Positions 61,967-64,000 of a stretch of DNA of 64,000 nucleotides are shown here, piece after piece (positions within the stretch are counted from its first letter, which is position 1; every line of letters starts with the position of its first letter). The translations under genes were made by a program, and so were the position numbers. Below the pieces are notes generated by a model. That model saw only the letters and a program-made list of their open reading frames with translations. It was not told the origin of the DNA and ran no database searches. The stretch comes from Catajapyx aquilonaris (taxonomy: Eukaryota). Where the stretch lies: NCBI GenBank assembly GCA_000934665.2, contig JYFJ02001697.1, forward strand, positions 1 through 64,000, given 5' to 3'.

Positions 61967-64000
61967 CTGGGCACGTGAGTGGAACTTCTTGCATTTTTGC
62001 TTCCCCAATGGAAAGAAACTCTTTTCTTGACTTCTCCCCGCCCCCGCCTCTCCCCACTTGGTCTCTTCTCTCTCTCTCTCCCCCAATCCCCTCGAGGGGA
62101 ATTGGGCTCTGAAAACAAGAGCACTTTTTACGGCCAGAGGAAACCCACCCATCCCCCCCTTCTCTTACCTTTGCTGACTTCTTCTTCCCCCACCTACCCA
62201 TCCCTCCCAGTCACCCCCGGACATGAGGGTTCTTTTTGGGCACCCATGACGTAAAGGGGGGGTGCAAGGGTCACACTCTGATACACATGATCCGGAAAGG
62301 TTGCAAAGCATAACCAACAATGAGACTTCTTGTCTGCTGCACTAGGGAAAAAGAAGGGGTGTAATTGAGTATGGGTTGTCCAGGAGGAGGGTGTCGATTA
62401 ATCAAAGTTTTTTTTATACAGTGCATCGTACATGATGAAGTCTGGCGACAGTGAATTGGTTCTAATTTTAATAGAAATTATTGTTAAGCACCAAACGTCA
62501 CTGTCAGCATCAAGGTGAAGATAGTAACAAGCAACTGTGGGAAATAACTTGTTCAAAATACATATTGCAATATAATTATTGCTTGTTAGTTTATTTAGTT
62601 ATTTAATTAATAAATAAAAAATTAAGAAAGTTAAATAACTAAACAGAAATTAATAAACAGGAAAATAAATATATAAATAAAACTCATAAACAAGCAATTG
62701 TGACACTTGTTCAATGCTTATGAATGTATTTATTTATTCACTTAAATAAATAACTAAACAGAAATAAATAAATTTACTTAAATAACTAACTAAACAGAAA
62801 TAAATAAATTTACTTAATGAATAAATAAATAAATGAAGAGAACTAAATAACAAGCAATTTTGACAAGTATTTTGAACAAAATATTCGTATTTTGCACTGA
62901 AGCTATGAATTTTAATTACAGCAGCAGAATTATATAGGGTCAGTATAAAATGAATGTACAAACCAAATAATTAAGGAGCGATAAAGGGACGATCATTAGG
63001 CTGCAGATTTGAAATAATTGGCGAGCATTTTAAAGTCCGATAACGGAACTTGCCTTTCGTAATAATATTAATTTTACGTCTAGAAAGCGACAAACGTAAT
63101 TTGTGTAATTGTATCGGAAAGGTGAACGCTTAGCGTATTACAATAACGTACAATTTACTCTCATGTCAATGATAAAAAATTTGACAACATGATTTAACTA
63201 ATAAGCATGGGTATGACTTTAACGGCACATGACATAGAAGAAATTGAGGATAAGAAACGTGTCACTCTTTTATTATTACAAAATTGCTCCTTTTTTCTCT
63301 CTCTCTCTTAATGTGCAAGCGTGCAGATATAATGGGACTCATCAGAAAAAGCAGAAAAAATTCCCCCCAAAATGTGCGTGAATAACAGTTTTATATCTCA
63401 AATCGCATAGAAAGTGTTCCGTTTCATTTCTTATTGTTTTATAGTTTTGCTTTATTCCCACAACATCCGTTTCGTAGTTTTTTTTCCAATTGATGCGTGA
63501 TGGACCGGTTGCGGTTTTTGGCAAGCCAATATAACTGCAAATTGCCGAGAAAACTGATGATAATGGACAGTGGTACACGTGCAGAATTTCTCTTCGCACA
63601 ATCAATACACATCTGGTCGCAAAGTCACGAGGTCTTCCGGAGAGAAATTTGCATGCGAAAGTTTTTATGGATGTCATCTTCTATCTGGGTGGAGAGAGAT
63701 TAAGTCGGTGACAAGATATCAAGGTGAAATTTGATGGACTGGTTGTGGTTTAGCAAAAGAAAAAAAATATATATATGGCCAAAGGTTCTTTCTTGTGTGG
63801 GTGTGTATTATTGCGGTAGGTAATTGCCTTTTCACGGTGGTTTAATTTTTGCATGGTGTTAAGTGTTCGGCACATGTGTCACTTGCAGGAGAAGGAGTCC
63901 AACGTTATGTAGGTCTGCGTGCTTTTTAATATGCAAAACTCTCGCAAAAAAAGCACCTTATACTTTCGTGTCGTAAATGACACCATTCGTCATCGCACAA

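Overview
Eukaryotic genomic DNA, most likely an arthropod (divergent ionotropic receptor, echinus-type USP, ~55-110 nt GT-AG introns, AT-rich spacers, many MITE/Helitron/SINE remnants). It has four single-N assembly joins (12564, 16054, 18067, 52248). Most short ORFs in the supplied track are spurious. Five protein-coding genes can be built by hand. (1) The 3' end of a divergent ionotropic receptor (+, window edge to 545). (2) ERCC1 (-, 3 exons, 246 aa). (3) A USP53/USP54 (echinus-like) deubiquitinase (+, 6 coding exons, 19383-37750, 1332 aa). (4) A small single-pass membrane protein ending ...LKQIYVY (-, 39095-39678, 149 aa). (5) A secreted, Cys-free His/Arg/Pro/Thr-rich repeat protein (-, 56771-61771, 803 aa). 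Best leads: candidate alternative first exons in the 10-kb first intron of the USP gene that would replace the catalytic Cys box; the modular His-rich secreted protein; a 16-bp-period RFX X-box array in ERCC1 intron 1; and a short retroposon with a structured RTE-type head in a microsatellite/MITE hotspot at 12-17 kb. No CRISPR, rRNA or tRNA was found. All gene models are manual, without transcript or database support.
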